Source of the DNA: Candidatus Heimdallarchaeota archaeon
GTDB taxonomy: Archaea > Asgardarchaeota > Heimdallarchaeia > Heimdallarchaeales > Heimdallarchaeaceae
NCBI GenBank assembly: GCA_030603365.1
Contig: JAUVXV010000006.1
Coordinates: 96,001-160,000 of the forward strand
Length of the DNA stretch: 64,000 bases
Reading direction: 5' to 3'
This document shows positions 48,753 through 59,367 of this stretch, in pieces; position 1 is the stretch's first letter; every line of letters begins with the position of its first letter. Under the pieces are notes generated by a model. It did not search any database. It worked only from the letters and a program-made list of their open reading frames with translations, and was not told where the DNA came from. The position numbers were made by a program, and so were the translations under genes.

Positions 48753-50510
48753 GTGATAAAAATGAATAAAAAAAAGTTTTTTGTTTTAATTAGTGTAAGT
48801 CTTTTCCTCTTAGGTTTTATTTGGAGTAATGGTTTCAAAGATAATGGTGTTATAGCTATAGATTATTCTGATAGTGTATTTAAAGAGAATCTAGATTCTT
48901 TAGATATGTCCAATAGAAAGTGGACACCAATACAAGTGGTGTCGACAGAGAGCACAGAGCCTTCTCGTTATCCTTCTGTTGCAGTGGATCAAGCTGGGAA
49001 CATCCATGTAGCCTGGGAAGATGGAACTGATTATAATGGGGCTGGACCACTTGCAGACATCTTCTATAAATCATGGGATGCTACTTCGCAAACATGGTCG
49101 ATAACTGAGGTAGTTTCAACAGAAAGTACAGGTGGTTCTACCTATCCTTCTCTTGCTGTGGATGCTGCAGGAAATGTGCACATAGCATGGTTAGATTGGA
49201 CTGATTATGCTGGGAGTGGACCAGATGATGATATCTTCTATAAATCAAGGGATGCTACTTCGCAGACATGGTCGATAACTGAAGTCGTTTCCACAGAAAG
49301 TACAGATACTTCTTCTTATCCTTCTCTTGTAGCAGATGTTGGAGGGAATATCCACGTGGTTTGGCATGATCAGACAGATTATGCGGGGGCTGGAACAGAT
49401 TCGGATATTTTCTATAAATCAAGGGATACTACTTCGCAAACATGGTCAATAACTGAGATAGTATCGACAGAAAGTCCAGTTGGTTCTGAACATCCTTCTC
49501 TTGTTGTTGGTTCTACTGGTAATCTACATATTGCTTGGTACGATGGAACTGATTATGATGGGGCTGGAACAGACTGGGATATTTTCTATAAATCAAGGGA
49601 TGCTACTTCGCAGACATGGTCAATAATTGAGGTAGTATCCACAGCAAGTACAGATTTTTCATATCATCCTTCTATTGCAGTGGATCAAGCAGAGAATGTA
49701 CATATAACATGGTTTGATAGGACAGATTATACTGGAGCGGGAACAGATTGGGATATTTTCCATAATTTCAGGGACACCTCATCTCAATCTTGGAGGATAA
49801 CACAAGTAGTATCATCAGAAAGCACGGGAGATTCTATGTATCCTTCTGTAGCAGTGGATCAAGCAGGGAATGTCCATGTGTTATGGGATGATAATACTGA
49901 CTTAGGTTGTGGAACAGACTATGATATATTTTATAATACATGGGATGCTTCTTTGCAAATTTGGCTAACAACACAGTTGGTGTCAACAGAAAGCACAGAA
50001 TATTCTCGTGAACCTTCTGTTGCAGTGGATCAAGCTAGAAATATCCATATGGTGTGGTATGATCAAACCAATTATACTGGGAGTGGAACGGATAATGATA
50101 TTTTCTATAGACAGCTCATTGCTGCTCCTCCAGCTCCAGATTTAGCATTTATTCTTCCCAACCCTAGCTCTACTGGTGAAATTCATTTAGATTGGAATGA
50201 TATAGCTAGTGTTTCAGAATACTATGTTTATCGTTCCTCCGCGTACATCTGGACAACAGAAGGTCTTTCACCCATAGATATAACTTCAGAGAATGATTAT
50301 ATCGATAATATAGATACTAATGGTTTCTATTACTATACTATTGTTGCTAGTAATTTTGCTGGAAACAGCTCCCACTCTAATTGCCAATATGTTGAAGTCC
50401 AACTAGCTGTTCTTGATACTACTGAAGAGACTACTTTTACTACTGGTCTGATAGTATCTGTAACTCTGTTATTCATTGTCAAGTGGAGATTTCACACAAG
50501 GAAGAAATAA
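48753..50510 (+). CDS. Surface protein: seven ~58-aa repeats (predicted beta-propeller), FN3 domain, TM anchor
   Basis: 7x W..TEVVSTES...PS.AVD..GN.H..W.D.TDY.G.G.D.DIFY. Confidence 0.8.
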   Translation: MIKMNKKKFFVLISVSLFLLGFIWSNGFKDNGVIAIDYSDSVFKENLDSLDMSNRKWTPIQVVSTESTEPSRYPSVAVDQAGNIHVAWEDGTDYNGAGPLADIFYKSWDATSQTWSITEVVSTESTGGSTYPSLAVDAAGNVHIAWLDWTDYAGSGPDDDIFYKSRDATSQTWSITEVVSTESTDTSSYPSLVADVGGNIHVVWHDQTDYAGAGTDSDIFYKSRDTTSQTWSITEIVSTESPVGSEHPSLVVGSTGNLHIAWYDGTDYDGAGTDWDIFYKSRDATSQTWSIIEVVSTASTDFSYHPSIAVDQAENVHITWFDRTDYTGAGTDWDIFHNFRDTSSQSWRITQVVSSESTGDSMYPSVAVDQAGNVHVLWDDNTDLGCGTDYDIFYNTWDASLQIWLTTQLVSTESTEYSREPSVAVDQARNIHMVWYDQTNYTGSGTDNDIFYRQLIAAPPAPDLAFILPNPSSTGEIHLDWNDIASVSEYYVYRSSAYIWTTEGLSPIDITSENDYIDNIDTNGFYYYTIVASNFAGNSSHSNCQYVEVQLAVLDTTEETTFTTGLIVSVTLLFIVKWRFHTRKK

Positions 50511-50516
50511 TCTAAA

Positions 50517-50768
50517 CTAGCTTACCAAGCTAGTACTCTTTTTTCCCCTTTCAATCTGACTATTTAATATCTCTATACCATAGGTTTTGTAACCTTCACG
50601 ATGGAAAATCGCTAAAGGAGGAATTCCTCCACCTGCTCCACAGTCAAGTATCTTTTTGGGTAAGGGACTCTTATTGCATTCATTCAAGAAATCAAACAAT
50701 GGTGTATCTCTTCGATGTAGGGTCATATTATTCACTAGTCTGGTATTTACTAGCCAATCGAATCTCAA
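50517..50768 (-). pseudogene. Truncated class I SAM-dependent methyltransferase
   Basis: ILDCGAGGG...YGIE then premature end. Confidence 0.6.
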
Positions 50769-50828
50769 ACCTGTATTTACTTTATGCAGTTAATTGTTGA
50801 TTTGAAAAAAAGAACTATAAGAAGAACA

Positions 50829-51851
50829 TTATTCTTCGCTCTTCTTCTTTGCTAGATTTTCATCCACTATTGATACTATTCTTTTCTTGAAGAGTTCTTT
50901 AGCTTTTATCTGTTCTTCTTCGGTTAGAAACTTCTCCTCTATTCTTTGAGCATATTTCTTCAAGATATTAGCTATTAACTTTTCCCTTACCTTAGCAAAG
51001 TCAGCTACCTTTGGTTCTACTGCTTCCTCTACTGGTTGTTCTATAACTTGTTCAACCACTTCTGGGGACTTTACAATCTCTTCAACTGGTTCCTCAACAA
51101 CCTCTTCTGAAACTTCTTTTGCAGTCTCAAGAATCTCATAAGCACCGACTACTTTAGATTCTACTTCCACTTCTTTAACTACCTCAATCACTTCCTCAAC
51201 TGGGTCCTCAACGACTTCTACTGGTTCTTCAGTTATCTCTGCAATTTCTTCTGCTGCTTCAACTTCTGCTGCTTCTTTCTCTTCTACAAGAACCTTAGCG
51301 ATTAAAATACCTATTTGTGCATCAATTCTTCCAACTGCTTCATCAACTAGTTTGGCAATAGCTTTTTTTGCTAATCCCATTGCTTTTTCCTTTACAATTT
51401 CTTGATCTGGTAGAACAGATTCAATCTTTGGACCTACAGAATGCATAATGAAATTAATGATAGGTTCTTCAATTTTATCTAGACCTAATTCTTTGATAGT
51501 CTCAAGATTTAGATTAACTGGCTCAAGTTCTACTAGTTTCAGCTTGATTTCTGCTTCTAGTTCCTCAATTTCCTTTTGTAACTTTTCTTTTTTCTCGTCC
51601 TCAGTTTCTTCATCGTCTATTTTCTTTTGTTTCTTGTCTTGTCTCCATTTGTTCTTGACCATAGTTTTGTTTTTCTTCTTGGTCAGTTCCTTCAGTTTGT
51701 CTGAATATCTTTCTACAAAAGGAGGGATATAGTCTTCGATGAGTTTCTTTATCTCGATAACCATCTCGTCATCAACAGGATTCTTAGGAACCTCAACCTT
51801 TGGGATATCTTTAGGAATATCTTTGGCTTTATCTTTCATTTTCTTAAACAA
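50829..51851 (-). CDS. Charged coiled-coil protein with E/V/P-rich low-complexity region
   Basis: EEPVE-type repeats. Confidence 0.6.
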   Translation of the reverse strand: MFKKMKDKAKDIPKDIPKVEVPKNPVDDEMVIEIKKLIEDYIPPFVERYSDKLKELTKKKNKTMVKNKWRQDKKQKKIDDEETEDEKKEKLQKEIEELEAEIKLKLVELEPVNLNLETIKELGLDKIEEPIINFIMHSVGPKIESVLPDQEIVKEKAMGLAKKAIAKLVDEAVGRIDAQIGILIAKVLVEEKEAAEVEAAEEIAEITEEPVEVVEDPVEEVIEVVKEVEVESKVVGAYEILETAKEVSEEVVEEPVEEIVKSPEVVEQVIEQPVEEAVEPKVADFAKVREKLIANILKKYAQRIEEKFLTEEEQIKAKELFKKRIVSIVDENLAKKKSEE

Positions 51852-52036
51852 ACTTATTCACCTCTTAATTTTTCTCATGAAATTAAATTAATTATTAATC
51901 AAATATTAAATAAGACCACCTCGATAATAACTGTTTTGGATACAATCAAATCCGAACAAAATAATATACAACTACAAGAAAATTAGATTTGAAGTGAAAA
52001 AAGAAAAAGAAAAAAGAAAGAGAAGGTTTAATCCTT

Positions 52037-52417
52037 TTATTCAATAATTATGGGTTCTTTAATTGTGGTATCCTTTTCAAAAGTTGCTAAGAAGAAATAA
52101 GTTGTCAATGTAATTGCACCTTTTGGACACACATCTTCGCACAACGCACAGAAACAACATTTTCCCAGATCCACTTGTGGATAAGTTTTGGGATATTTCT
52201 CTTTGAGCTCTGGAGGGACTTCAACCATCATTATTGCTCTATTTGGGCAAATTCTTGCACAAGCTCCACAAGATATACATTCATCTATATCTAGATGGTG
52301 CTCCCCTCGATTCCTTTCTGGAATCTCTACTACTTCCTGCGGAAACATTACAGTCATTGGCTTCTTGAAAAGGTTCTTGAAAACTTCTTTAACTGGACCT
52401 ATTTTCATTTTCATCAT
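52037..52417 (-). CDS. nuoI: NuoI/MbxN-like 2x[4Fe-4S] subunit
   Basis: CISCGACARICP and CCFCALCEDVCP. Confidence 0.85.
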   Translation of the reverse strand: MMKMKIGPVKEVFKNLFKKPMTVMFPQEVVEIPERNRGEHHLDIDECISCGACARICPNRAIMMVEVPPELKEKYPKTYPQVDLGKCCFCALCEDVCPKGAITLTTYFFLATFEKDTTIKEPIIIE

Positions 52418-52418
52418 C

Positions 52419-53537
52419 TCACCTATCTACATCAGCTGGGCACTGATACAAACTCCAATAAATAGCAGGAAGATCTGCGTAGTCTACACCTGTTAACAGT
52501 CGCTCTAAAATTGGTATCATATGAGAAAATGATGGACCACGTATTTTTACTCTGTAAGGCGTTTTTTCACCAGTTGCTACCATATAGAAGGCCCCTTCAC
52601 CACGAGACAGTTCATTGCGAACGTAGGTTTCACCTTTTGCTTTTCGAAATTGTACTGTTGGTTTGAGGTTAGGAGTCCTCACTTCTCCTTTTGGTAATCT
52701 GTCTACTGCTTGAGTTATAATTTTCATGCTCTCCTCTATTTCTTCTAAACCAATACGGAATCGATGAAAAGCATCACCTTCGTCATACACTGGAATATTA
52801 AAGTCTAGCTGATCATATATCTCATAGGGGTCATCTCGTCTGACATCTGCAGCAACTCCACATCCACGTAAAATTGGACCAGTAGCTCCATACTTAATGG
52901 CTTCTTCCTTTGTTAAAACCCCGATATCCTTAAATCGTGCCATCCAAGCAAGGTTTTCTGTTGAAGCAAATTTTCTCATATAGTCTACTTTGTCTAGTAC
53001 AGCTAAAATTTTCTTTTCAGCTTTTTCAGGTAAATCTTTTCTAACTCCTCCTGGACAAATGTAACCAGCTGGATATACTCTTCCACCTGTTATCATGTTG
53101 AAAACATCCAAGATATAATCTCTGTACCCCATAGCAACGTTGAAACCGGTCATAAATCCTGTTCCTAATGACATCACCGCATACCAAATAAAATGAGACT
53201 GAATTCTTGAGAGTTCAGCTAGAATAACTCGTATGTATTTAGCTCTTTCTGGAACATCATACTCCATCAGATTATCAACTGCTTCAGCATGAACTAAGTT
53301 CCATTGTAAAGGTTCTAAAACACACACTCTATCAGATAAAACAGAGTTCTGCATCGGATCACGGTATTCCATCAGTTTTTCAAAACCACGATGAAGGTAT
53401 CCGGGATCAGCTGTAGCTTTTAGTACTCTCTCACCACGCATTTCAACTTTAACAGAAAAGTTTCCAGACCCTGGATGAGCAGGACCAAAAAACATGGCAA
53501 AGTCGCCTACATCGTATTTCTGCTGTTTGTTGGTCAT
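52419..53537 (-). CDS. nuoD: NuoD/MbxL(MbsL)-like catalytic subunit lacking a NiFe site
   Basis: GPAHP, GYLHRGFEK, DRVCVLE, C-terminal QCPADVDR. Confidence 0.85.
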   Translation of the reverse strand: MTNKQQKYDVGDFAMFFGPAHPGSGNFSVKVEMRGERVLKATADPGYLHRGFEKLMEYRDPMQNSVLSDRVCVLEPLQWNLVHAEAVDNLMEYDVPERAKYIRVILAELSRIQSHFIWYAVMSLGTGFMTGFNVAMGYRDYILDVFNMITGGRVYPAGYICPGGVRKDLPEKAEKKILAVLDKVDYMRKFASTENLAWMARFKDIGVLTKEEAIKYGATGPILRGCGVAADVRRDDPYEIYDQLDFNIPVYDEGDAFHRFRIGLEEIEESMKIITQAVDRLPKGEVRTPNLKPTVQFRKAKGETYVRNELSRGEGAFYMVATGEKTPYRVKIRGPSFSHMIPILERLLTGVDYADLPAIYWSLYQCPADVDR

Positions 53538-54067
53538 TTTTTCACCTCAAAATAAGCTTTTTCTCTTGGGTTTTCCTCATCATAAAGTTCCTTCAGAGTA
53601 TATTCCCGCCAATTGAAATCTTTCAGAAATGGTGGTGGTCCTTTCCAATCCTCTAGGAACAAGGGAGTAAGATTAGAATTACCCTTAAAATCTATTCCAA
53701 ATAGTTCGTGGCATTCCCGTTCACATGTTTCAGCATATGTATCCCAGATGGAGTTAATAGAGGAGATGGAAGGTTTGTTTCTATCAATCTTGGTTTTAAT
53801 GCTAAGTAAGGAATTATATTTGTAAGACCAAAGATGATATACTAGTTCAAACCTTCCTTCCTCTAACCAATCTACTGCAGAAATAGTAGAAAGGTGTTCA
53901 AATCCCATCTGTTGTGCTTTCAGACAAGTGTCAACTACTTTTGATGAGTCAATTGTAACCCATAGTCTACGATCAGTCTTGAGTACAACAGAAGCGTCAA
54001 GTTCAGAGCTCAATTTCTCCACAATATCGGTCTTTTTTTCTTGTTCTATCGCTGTCATTTTTCTCAC
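53534..54067 (-). CDS. nuoC: NuoC/MbxK-like subunit
   Basis: ISAVDW, ERECHELFGIDFKG, PPFLKDF. Confidence 0.85.
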   Translation of the reverse strand: MRKMTAIEQEKKTDIVEKLSSELDASVVLKTDRRLWVTIDSSKVVDTCLKAQQMGFEHLSTISAVDWLEEGRFELVYHLWSYKYNSLLSIKTKIDRNKPSISSINSIWDTYAETCERECHELFGIDFKGNSNLTPLFLEDWKGPPPFLKDFNWREYTLKELYDEENPREKAYFEVKK

Positions 54068-54549
54068 TTATCCGGAAGTTCTTCTACATGCTCAAAAACT
54101 TTAAAAACCGCATCATAAATCGCCTCAGGTCTTGGAGGACACCCTGGAATGTACATAAAGACGGGTAAATAGTCCTCTAGCCTTTTAATTGTATTATAAG
54201 AATCCCAATACATTCCTCCGGTTATAGTGCATGAACCCAATGCAAAAACAAATTTTGGATTACCCATCTGTTCATAAATTTGTTGAGCTCTTTTGATCGA
54301 TTTAGGAGTCTGATATCCTGCTATAAACAAGGCATCAGCTTTCCTTGGAGAGTTTACTGCTTTCATTCCAAAACGTTCCATATCCCATCTGGATCCTACA
54401 ACTGGACATAGTTCAGTAAAACCACAAGAATTGAACCAGTTAAAGACCCAAACGGCCCTAACAAATTTTCTCATTACCTTCTTCTTAGTTATCATGCAAT
54501 CACTTGCTTTGAATAAAAACCTATTGAGAACTAGCGTTATTTTTCTCAA
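54064..54549 (-). CDS. nuoB: NuoB/MbxJ-like Fe-S subunit
   Basis: SCGFTE, DMERFG, SPRKAD, GSCTITGG, IPGCPPRPE. Confidence 0.85.
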   Translation of the reverse strand: MRKITLVLNRFLFKASDCMITKKKVMRKFVRAVWVFNWFNSCGFTELCPVVGSRWDMERFGMKAVNSPRKADALFIAGYQTPKSIKRAQQIYEQMGNPKFVFALGSCTITGGMYWDSYNTIKRLEDYLPVFMYIPGCPPRPEAIYDAVFKVFEHVEELPDK

Positions 54550-54789
54550 TAAATGTTTAAAAAATCTCTATTCAACATATAATTATATGGGTCAAATCAT
54601 ATACCAAAAACGATAAGTATAAGCCCCCAGTGATAAATATAGAAGAATGATGATAACTATAAATATCAGCTTTTAATTATAGTCGACCGTCTAGTTGTAT
54701 GAATAATTATTCATAGAATATTTCTAATAGTGGACCCATATATATGTAAAACAGTAAAGTTTTTACTATTTAGATATAGAAATAGAAAG

Positions 54790-54984
54790 GTGACAAGTTT
54801 GAGTTCTAATTACGACAAAGAAAGACCTGTTAGGGGTAATGGACAACAGATAGGAAGGCCTGGTTTAGGACCTAATGGAATGTGCAAATGTTCTTCTTGC
54901 AAGCACACAATTCCGCACCAGAGAGGCACTCCATGCACTAAAAATCCATGCCCTAAATGTGGTGCAATAATGTATAGAGAATGA
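54790..54984 (+). CDS. Small Cys-rich Zn/Fe-binding protein
   Basis: GPNGMCKCSSCKHTIPHQRGTPCTKNPCPKCG; start uncertain. Confidence 0.65.
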   Translation: MTSLSSNYDKERPVRGNGQQIGRPGLGPNGMCKCSSCKHTIPHQRGTPCTKNPCPKCGAIMYRE

Positions 54985-55133
54985 TATCGCTTTTGATCTG
55001 AGTATCTTCTCTAAACAAATTTAAATCCATGAAATCGAAGTGAAATGTTTTGGAATTGTTATTAATCCTTCTAACCATAGGTTTTAAGCCTTTAGGCAAA
55101 AAATAGATATACAACTTCAGATTAATATAATTC

Positions 55134-56081
55134 ATGCACATAGGTTTACACATAGGTAAATTTCACTGGCCTGGAAGTCCAGAGAATATTTCGGATAAGC
55201 TTAAAGAAATTGCTAAAGTAGCTGATGAAGCTGGTTTCTATAGTATCTGGGTTATGGATCATGTTTTTCAATTAGGTGCTCAATTTGGTTCAGTCCATGG
55301 TCCTGAAGAAGAAGAGATGTTAGAAGCTTATTCAACTATTGCTTACTTAGCTGGTGTTACCAAGAAAATCAAAGTGGGTGTACAAGTAAGTTGTAATTTC
55401 TTTAGGAATCCTGCCCTTCTTATCAAGATGATGACAACTATTGATGTTCTATCTAAGGGAAGAACATATTTTGGTATAGGTGCAGGTTGGTTTGAAAGAG
55501 AAACAGTAGGATATGGTTATGATTTTCCGTCTTTAAAAGAGCGTTTTGAAAGGCTAGAAGAGATACTAAAAATAGCCAAACACATGTGGTCTGGAAACAC
55601 AGACCCTTTTGAAGGAAAGTATTTCAGTCTCAAAGAACCTTTAAACAATCCTCCCCCAGTTAGTAAACCTCATCCCCCTATTTTAATTGGAGGATCAGGA
55701 GAGAAGAAAACTCTAAGATTTGTTGCTAAGTATGCTGATGCTTGTAATATTGTTCTTGGTACTACCATTAAGAATGCAGGACGTTTAACTGGAGAGGATA
55801 TAACATGGGAGAGTAATGTGGAACGCTTAAAGCACAAATATGCTGTTCTCAAACAACACTGTGAAGATGTAGGAAGACCATATGATGAGATAGAAAAAAC
55901 TGTTACTACTTACATTCAAATATCTCCTGATGCAATGACTGCTCAAGATGTTATTGAAATATGCAAGAAATTGAATGATGCTGGATGTGAGCACGTTGTC
56001 TTTAATATGCCTAATGTTCATGAGATAAAGCCGCTCAAAATAATGGGCAAAGAAGTCATTCCAAAGGTGCTGAATCTTTAA
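55134..56081 (+). CDS. LLM-class F420-dependent oxidoreductase
   Basis: WVMDH, RNPALL, GIGAGW, PPILIGGSGEKKTL. Confidence 0.88.
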   Translation: MHIGLHIGKFHWPGSPENISDKLKEIAKVADEAGFYSIWVMDHVFQLGAQFGSVHGPEEEEMLEAYSTIAYLAGVTKKIKVGVQVSCNFFRNPALLIKMMTTIDVLSKGRTYFGIGAGWFERETVGYGYDFPSLKERFERLEEILKIAKHMWSGNTDPFEGKYFSLKEPLNNPPPVSKPHPPILIGGSGEKKTLRFVAKYADACNIVLGTTIKNAGRLTGEDITWESNVERLKHKYAVLKQHCEDVGRPYDEIEKTVTTYIQISPDAMTAQDVIEICKKLNDAGCEHVVFNMPNVHEIKPLKIMGKEVIPKVLNL

Positions 56082-56111
56082 GATAGATTTTAATCATTTA
56101 GAAGAAAACTT

Positions 56112-56594
56112 CTATTTCTTCTTCTTTGAATGAATCTCTTTTTCTTTCTTTCTCAAGAAAGCTAACGATATCATTGTTCTATGATTACTAATATTGGTCA
56201 CAACAGACCAAGCGTTGTGAACACCTTTAGCTTTAATTCTATTTGGTAATCCTTCTACAGTGAAATTGGCGTAGATTGCTGGTATCCCCTCCCCTGGATA
56301 TTCACACATATCTAAATATTCATCTTCTTGAATTAATCGAATTTCTGAGAGAAGGTCTCCTGTTTTGTCAAAATCATCTGCTGCAACAAATTCAGCATAG
56401 GGGTAACCATCAATAAAAACGACTATTCTCTTTCTGTTCAAACCATATGTTTCTCTTTCTGTGTGACCAATCTCAACATCATGCTTTCCACTATCATCTA
56501 GTGCAATATATTGGATTAAAGTATAGTTCTCTTTATGGTCAAACCATTGATATTCGAAATTCTCCTTAACACCTAAAAAGCTTATAATTTTCAT
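56112..56594 (-). CDS. Hypothetical protein
   Basis: 160-aa ORF. Confidence 0.55.
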   Translation of the reverse strand: MKIISFLGVKENFEYQWFDHKENYTLIQYIALDDSGKHDVEIGHTERETYGLNRKRIVVFIDGYPYAEFVAADDFDKTGDLLSEIRLIQEDEYLDMCEYPGEGIPAIYANFTVEGLPNRIKAKGVHNAWSVVTNISNHRTMISLAFLRKKEKEIHSKKKK

Positions 56595-56795
56595 TTTTTC
56601 ACCATTTAATACTAAACATTAGAATCTAATACTTAAAATTCTTTGGAATAACGGAACTGAAGAAGATTTTTCCTTGAAGGAAAAAAATCTAGAAATGAAA
56701 CGTACTTCAACTATCAATCTAATTTCTGCCCACACACGTTATGAAACTTGGTTAAACTTGCCAGAAGGCGTATAACCGTCGTTTAAGTGGATCCC

Positions 56796-58733
56796 CTACA
56801 CGTGTGTTGAGGGGAAGAGATCGTAAGGAAGGGATGTACCTTGGAGGGAAGCGATGTTTAATGCAGCATTCTTATGAGTATTAACTTGTTGACCGCATTT
56901 AGTACAAGGAGCAACATCATGATGGTGTTTATCACGAGCAATTGTTCCTCCACAACCATAATGCTTGGAACTGGTATGATAAGGGGGAACAGCTTCTAAT
57001 TCCACATCAAAACCTAACTCTAGAGAAGCTAACCAGACAGCTTTCTTGTAAATGTACAAACTGTCTGGCATGGTGTAAATAGCTTTAGCTAACGCTCCTT
57101 TAGTACCTGCAGGGTCAGTAGTTAGTTCTTCAATCTTTAGAGTTTGACACTGCTTCTTCACCATTACTGCAGCTAAGAAGTGTGGGAGAAGACGGGTGAT
57201 CTCACGGAGGAGACGGTGACGACGTCTATACACTCGGTTGAGCTCACCTTTGAGCTTGCAACTACCAAGATTGTCGTAAGTTTTACGTTTGCGAAGGTAA
57301 CCACGATTGAGCTCGTCTAGAACTTTCTTATCTAGACGTTTGTAACGCTTAGCTAGAAGCAGTAAGTCTGGGAGTAAAGGCACAGGGGTGTTAAACACCA
57401 CCATAAACTCTCCCAAACGGTTGATATCTACACCTAGCACTTTCTTCCTCCCTCCTGGAATTGTGGGGAGATAACTGTGGAGAAGGGTAGAGGAGCGGAA
57501 ACAGTTATGGGTGCCTTCTAGCACTACATCTACTCGAGGTTTGAACCTAGGAGCTCCTCCACTACTCACTTGGAAAACCTTAATTTCTGCACCGTTCTGG
57601 ATATATTCCACCACTTTTGGAGGAAACAGCACTTGAGCGGTGAGTCTCTTCTTTCCCATTTGTGGGAATCCTAAAGTGGTTCTTCCTTGCTTCTTTACTT
57701 GTCTGGTCAATTCGCTTGCATTCCCTTGTCGGGTGATAACATACTCTCTTTTCATTAACAATTTTATCGGTAATCTTCCTTGCTTTTTACGTTTAAATGG
57801 TAAGGGAACAAGCCTGTCTACAGGTAAACCTTGTAGTAACTGAGGGACACTCTGCATGAATTGGTCAAAGAGTGTGAAAACCACTATCTGCCTGACAGCA
57901 GAAAAGAGTTTTCGAGTAGGTTTGCCTATGATTTTGGCTAGTTCCTTGGATAATTTTTTGAGACTTTTCCAACGAGAGGATTGATAACTATTGATCCATG
58001 AGGTGAGGAAAGGTACAACGATCTGTTGTTCTTGTTTGAGGAGATGGAGTTTATTTAGAAATGCTTGTTGGTTCTTCGAGAGGGTAGGTAACTGTGCGAA
58101 CGTGGTGGTTTGGTAAGCTAGAGTATCGTCGATTCCTTGCACAACATCTTGTTGGGTGTAAGTAGGTAAAGCTCCGTTATACACCAAACTGTTGGAGAAA
58201 TAGTAAGCTCTTTTTTTCTTTCTACTATACGAATCCAGTTGCAGTCTAGAGTTTGCTAACAGATTAACAACGTACCTTCTTTGCAGCTTCCAGTATTTTC
58301 CCAAACTGTTTTCAGTATAGGGTGAACGACCAAAAATTATCCACTCCACTAATTGTTGAGGGTTCTTCTGCAGAAAGTTTAACATCCCTTGCACTTTCTT
58401 TTCTTTATCTACTTTCCCTTTCACTGCTATCTGGAGCCAGTGGTAAGCACTTTCAGCTATGTTAGGATTCTTGCCTACCGCTTTCCCTACTTGACGCACA
58501 AAGAACCGTTCTTTAGGATTAGCGCGATAGAGCTCAACTGCTTGCTTAACCACATCTTGGGTAAGGAGGTGGTGTTGTCTCTCTTCTAACCTTCGTATGC
58601 GTTGGTTGATTTCTTCTCGTTGGACGGGTGAGTCACACTTCAACGCCACCTGGTAACTCCTCATCACTGTATCTAGTACAATCGGATGAGAGATCTGGGA
58701 GGTGCTAGTTGCTTGTGTGCCCATCTGTTTCAT
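56796..58733 (-). CDS. tnpB: Large TnpB-like RuvC protein (~645 aa)
   Basis: VLGVDIN, KIEEL, PYHTSS, CTKCG, NAALNIA; likely ATG at 58733. Confidence 0.75.
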   Translation of the reverse strand: MKQMGTQATSTSQISHPIVLDTVMRSYQVALKCDSPVQREEINQRIRRLEERQHHLLTQDVVKQAVELYRANPKERFFVRQVGKAVGKNPNIAESAYHWLQIAVKGKVDKEKKVQGMLNFLQKNPQQLVEWIIFGRSPYTENSLGKYWKLQRRYVVNLLANSRLQLDSYSRKKKRAYYFSNSLVYNGALPTYTQQDVVQGIDDTLAYQTTTFAQLPTLSKNQQAFLNKLHLLKQEQQIVVPFLTSWINSYQSSRWKSLKKLSKELAKIIGKPTRKLFSAVRQIVVFTLFDQFMQSVPQLLQGLPVDRLVPLPFKRKKQGRLPIKLLMKREYVITRQGNASELTRQVKKQGRTTLGFPQMGKKRLTAQVLFPPKVVEYIQNGAEIKVFQVSSGGAPRFKPRVDVVLEGTHNCFRSSTLLHSYLPTIPGGRKKVLGVDINRLGEFMVVFNTPVPLLPDLLLLAKRYKRLDKKVLDELNRGYLRKRKTYDNLGSCKLKGELNRVYRRRHRLLREITRLLPHFLAAVMVKKQCQTLKIEELTTDPAGTKGALAKAIYTMPDSLYIYKKAVWLASLELGFDVELEAVPPYHTSSKHYGCGGTIARDKHHHDVAPCTKCGQQVNTHKNAALNIASLQGTSLPYDLFPSTHV

Positions 58734-58773
58734 AAATATAATGAGAAGATTGGTATTTAAACCCGGGAAAATC

Positions 58774-59367
58774 TCACTGGTTTGGTGGTGCTTTTCCTCT
58801 CCGTTGTCGGTGTAATCTCCCAGCAAAGGAGGTCACGAGAGCTATCATGTCTTCCACCAGTTTGCTCTTTGCTGCTTGTTCCTTTGGTCTGTATAGCGAG
58901 ATCACCTTTGTTTCAAATGTTTGACAAAACTGGTTAATCACTTTCGTTCCAAACCTTGCTATCCGGTCTTCATAAGTGCAGATAACCGCGTAAGGGTGTG
59001 TGGTTGCTACTGCCTTCAGTAATGAGTGTAACCCTTTTTCCTGGTCATTCATCCCCGAAGCAATGTCAGTAAAGATCTTCCCTACTTTCCACCCTTGTTG
59101 TTTTGCAAAAGTTCGTAAGTGTGCTTGTTGGGTCACTAATTCCTTCTTCTGTTTTGCTCCACTCACTCGTGCATAACCCAACACCACTTGCTTGTGCCGA
59201 GGGTCATTTTGTTCCTGTTCTTCTCCTAGCATTTGTGCGAGTTTATATCTTCTATGCCCTCCCTTAGTTCTCCCAAAAGGTAATAGTTTCTCTTCTTTTT
59301 CCCACCTTCTCAATGTGCTAGCTGACACTCCTTGTATGGTTGCTGTTATACCTATTCTTACTAACAT
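58774..59367 (-). CDS. tnpA: IS607 transposase (MerR-like HTH plus serine recombinase)
   Basis: GVSASTLRRWE, RTKGGHRRY, GYARVS, DIASG, DRIARFG, SFAGRLH. Confidence 0.92.
   Translation of the reverse strand: MLVRIGITATIQGVSASTLRRWEKEEKLLPFGRTKGGHRRYKLAQMLGEEQEQNDPRHKQVVLGYARVSGAKQKKELVTQQAHLRTFAKQQGWKVGKIFTDIASGMNDQEKGLHSLLKAVATTHPYAVICTYEDRIARFGTKVINQFCQTFETKVISLYRPKEQAAKSKLVEDMIALVTSFAGRLHRQRRGKAPPNQ

Noticed and set aside
48920-50110. Regularly spaced DNA repeats resembling a CRISPR array
   Set aside because: 174-bp in-frame coding repeats with homologous 'spacers'; no cas genes
52419-53537. Group 4 NiFe hydrogenase large subunit
   Set aside because: Both CxxC Ni-binding motifs are incomplete
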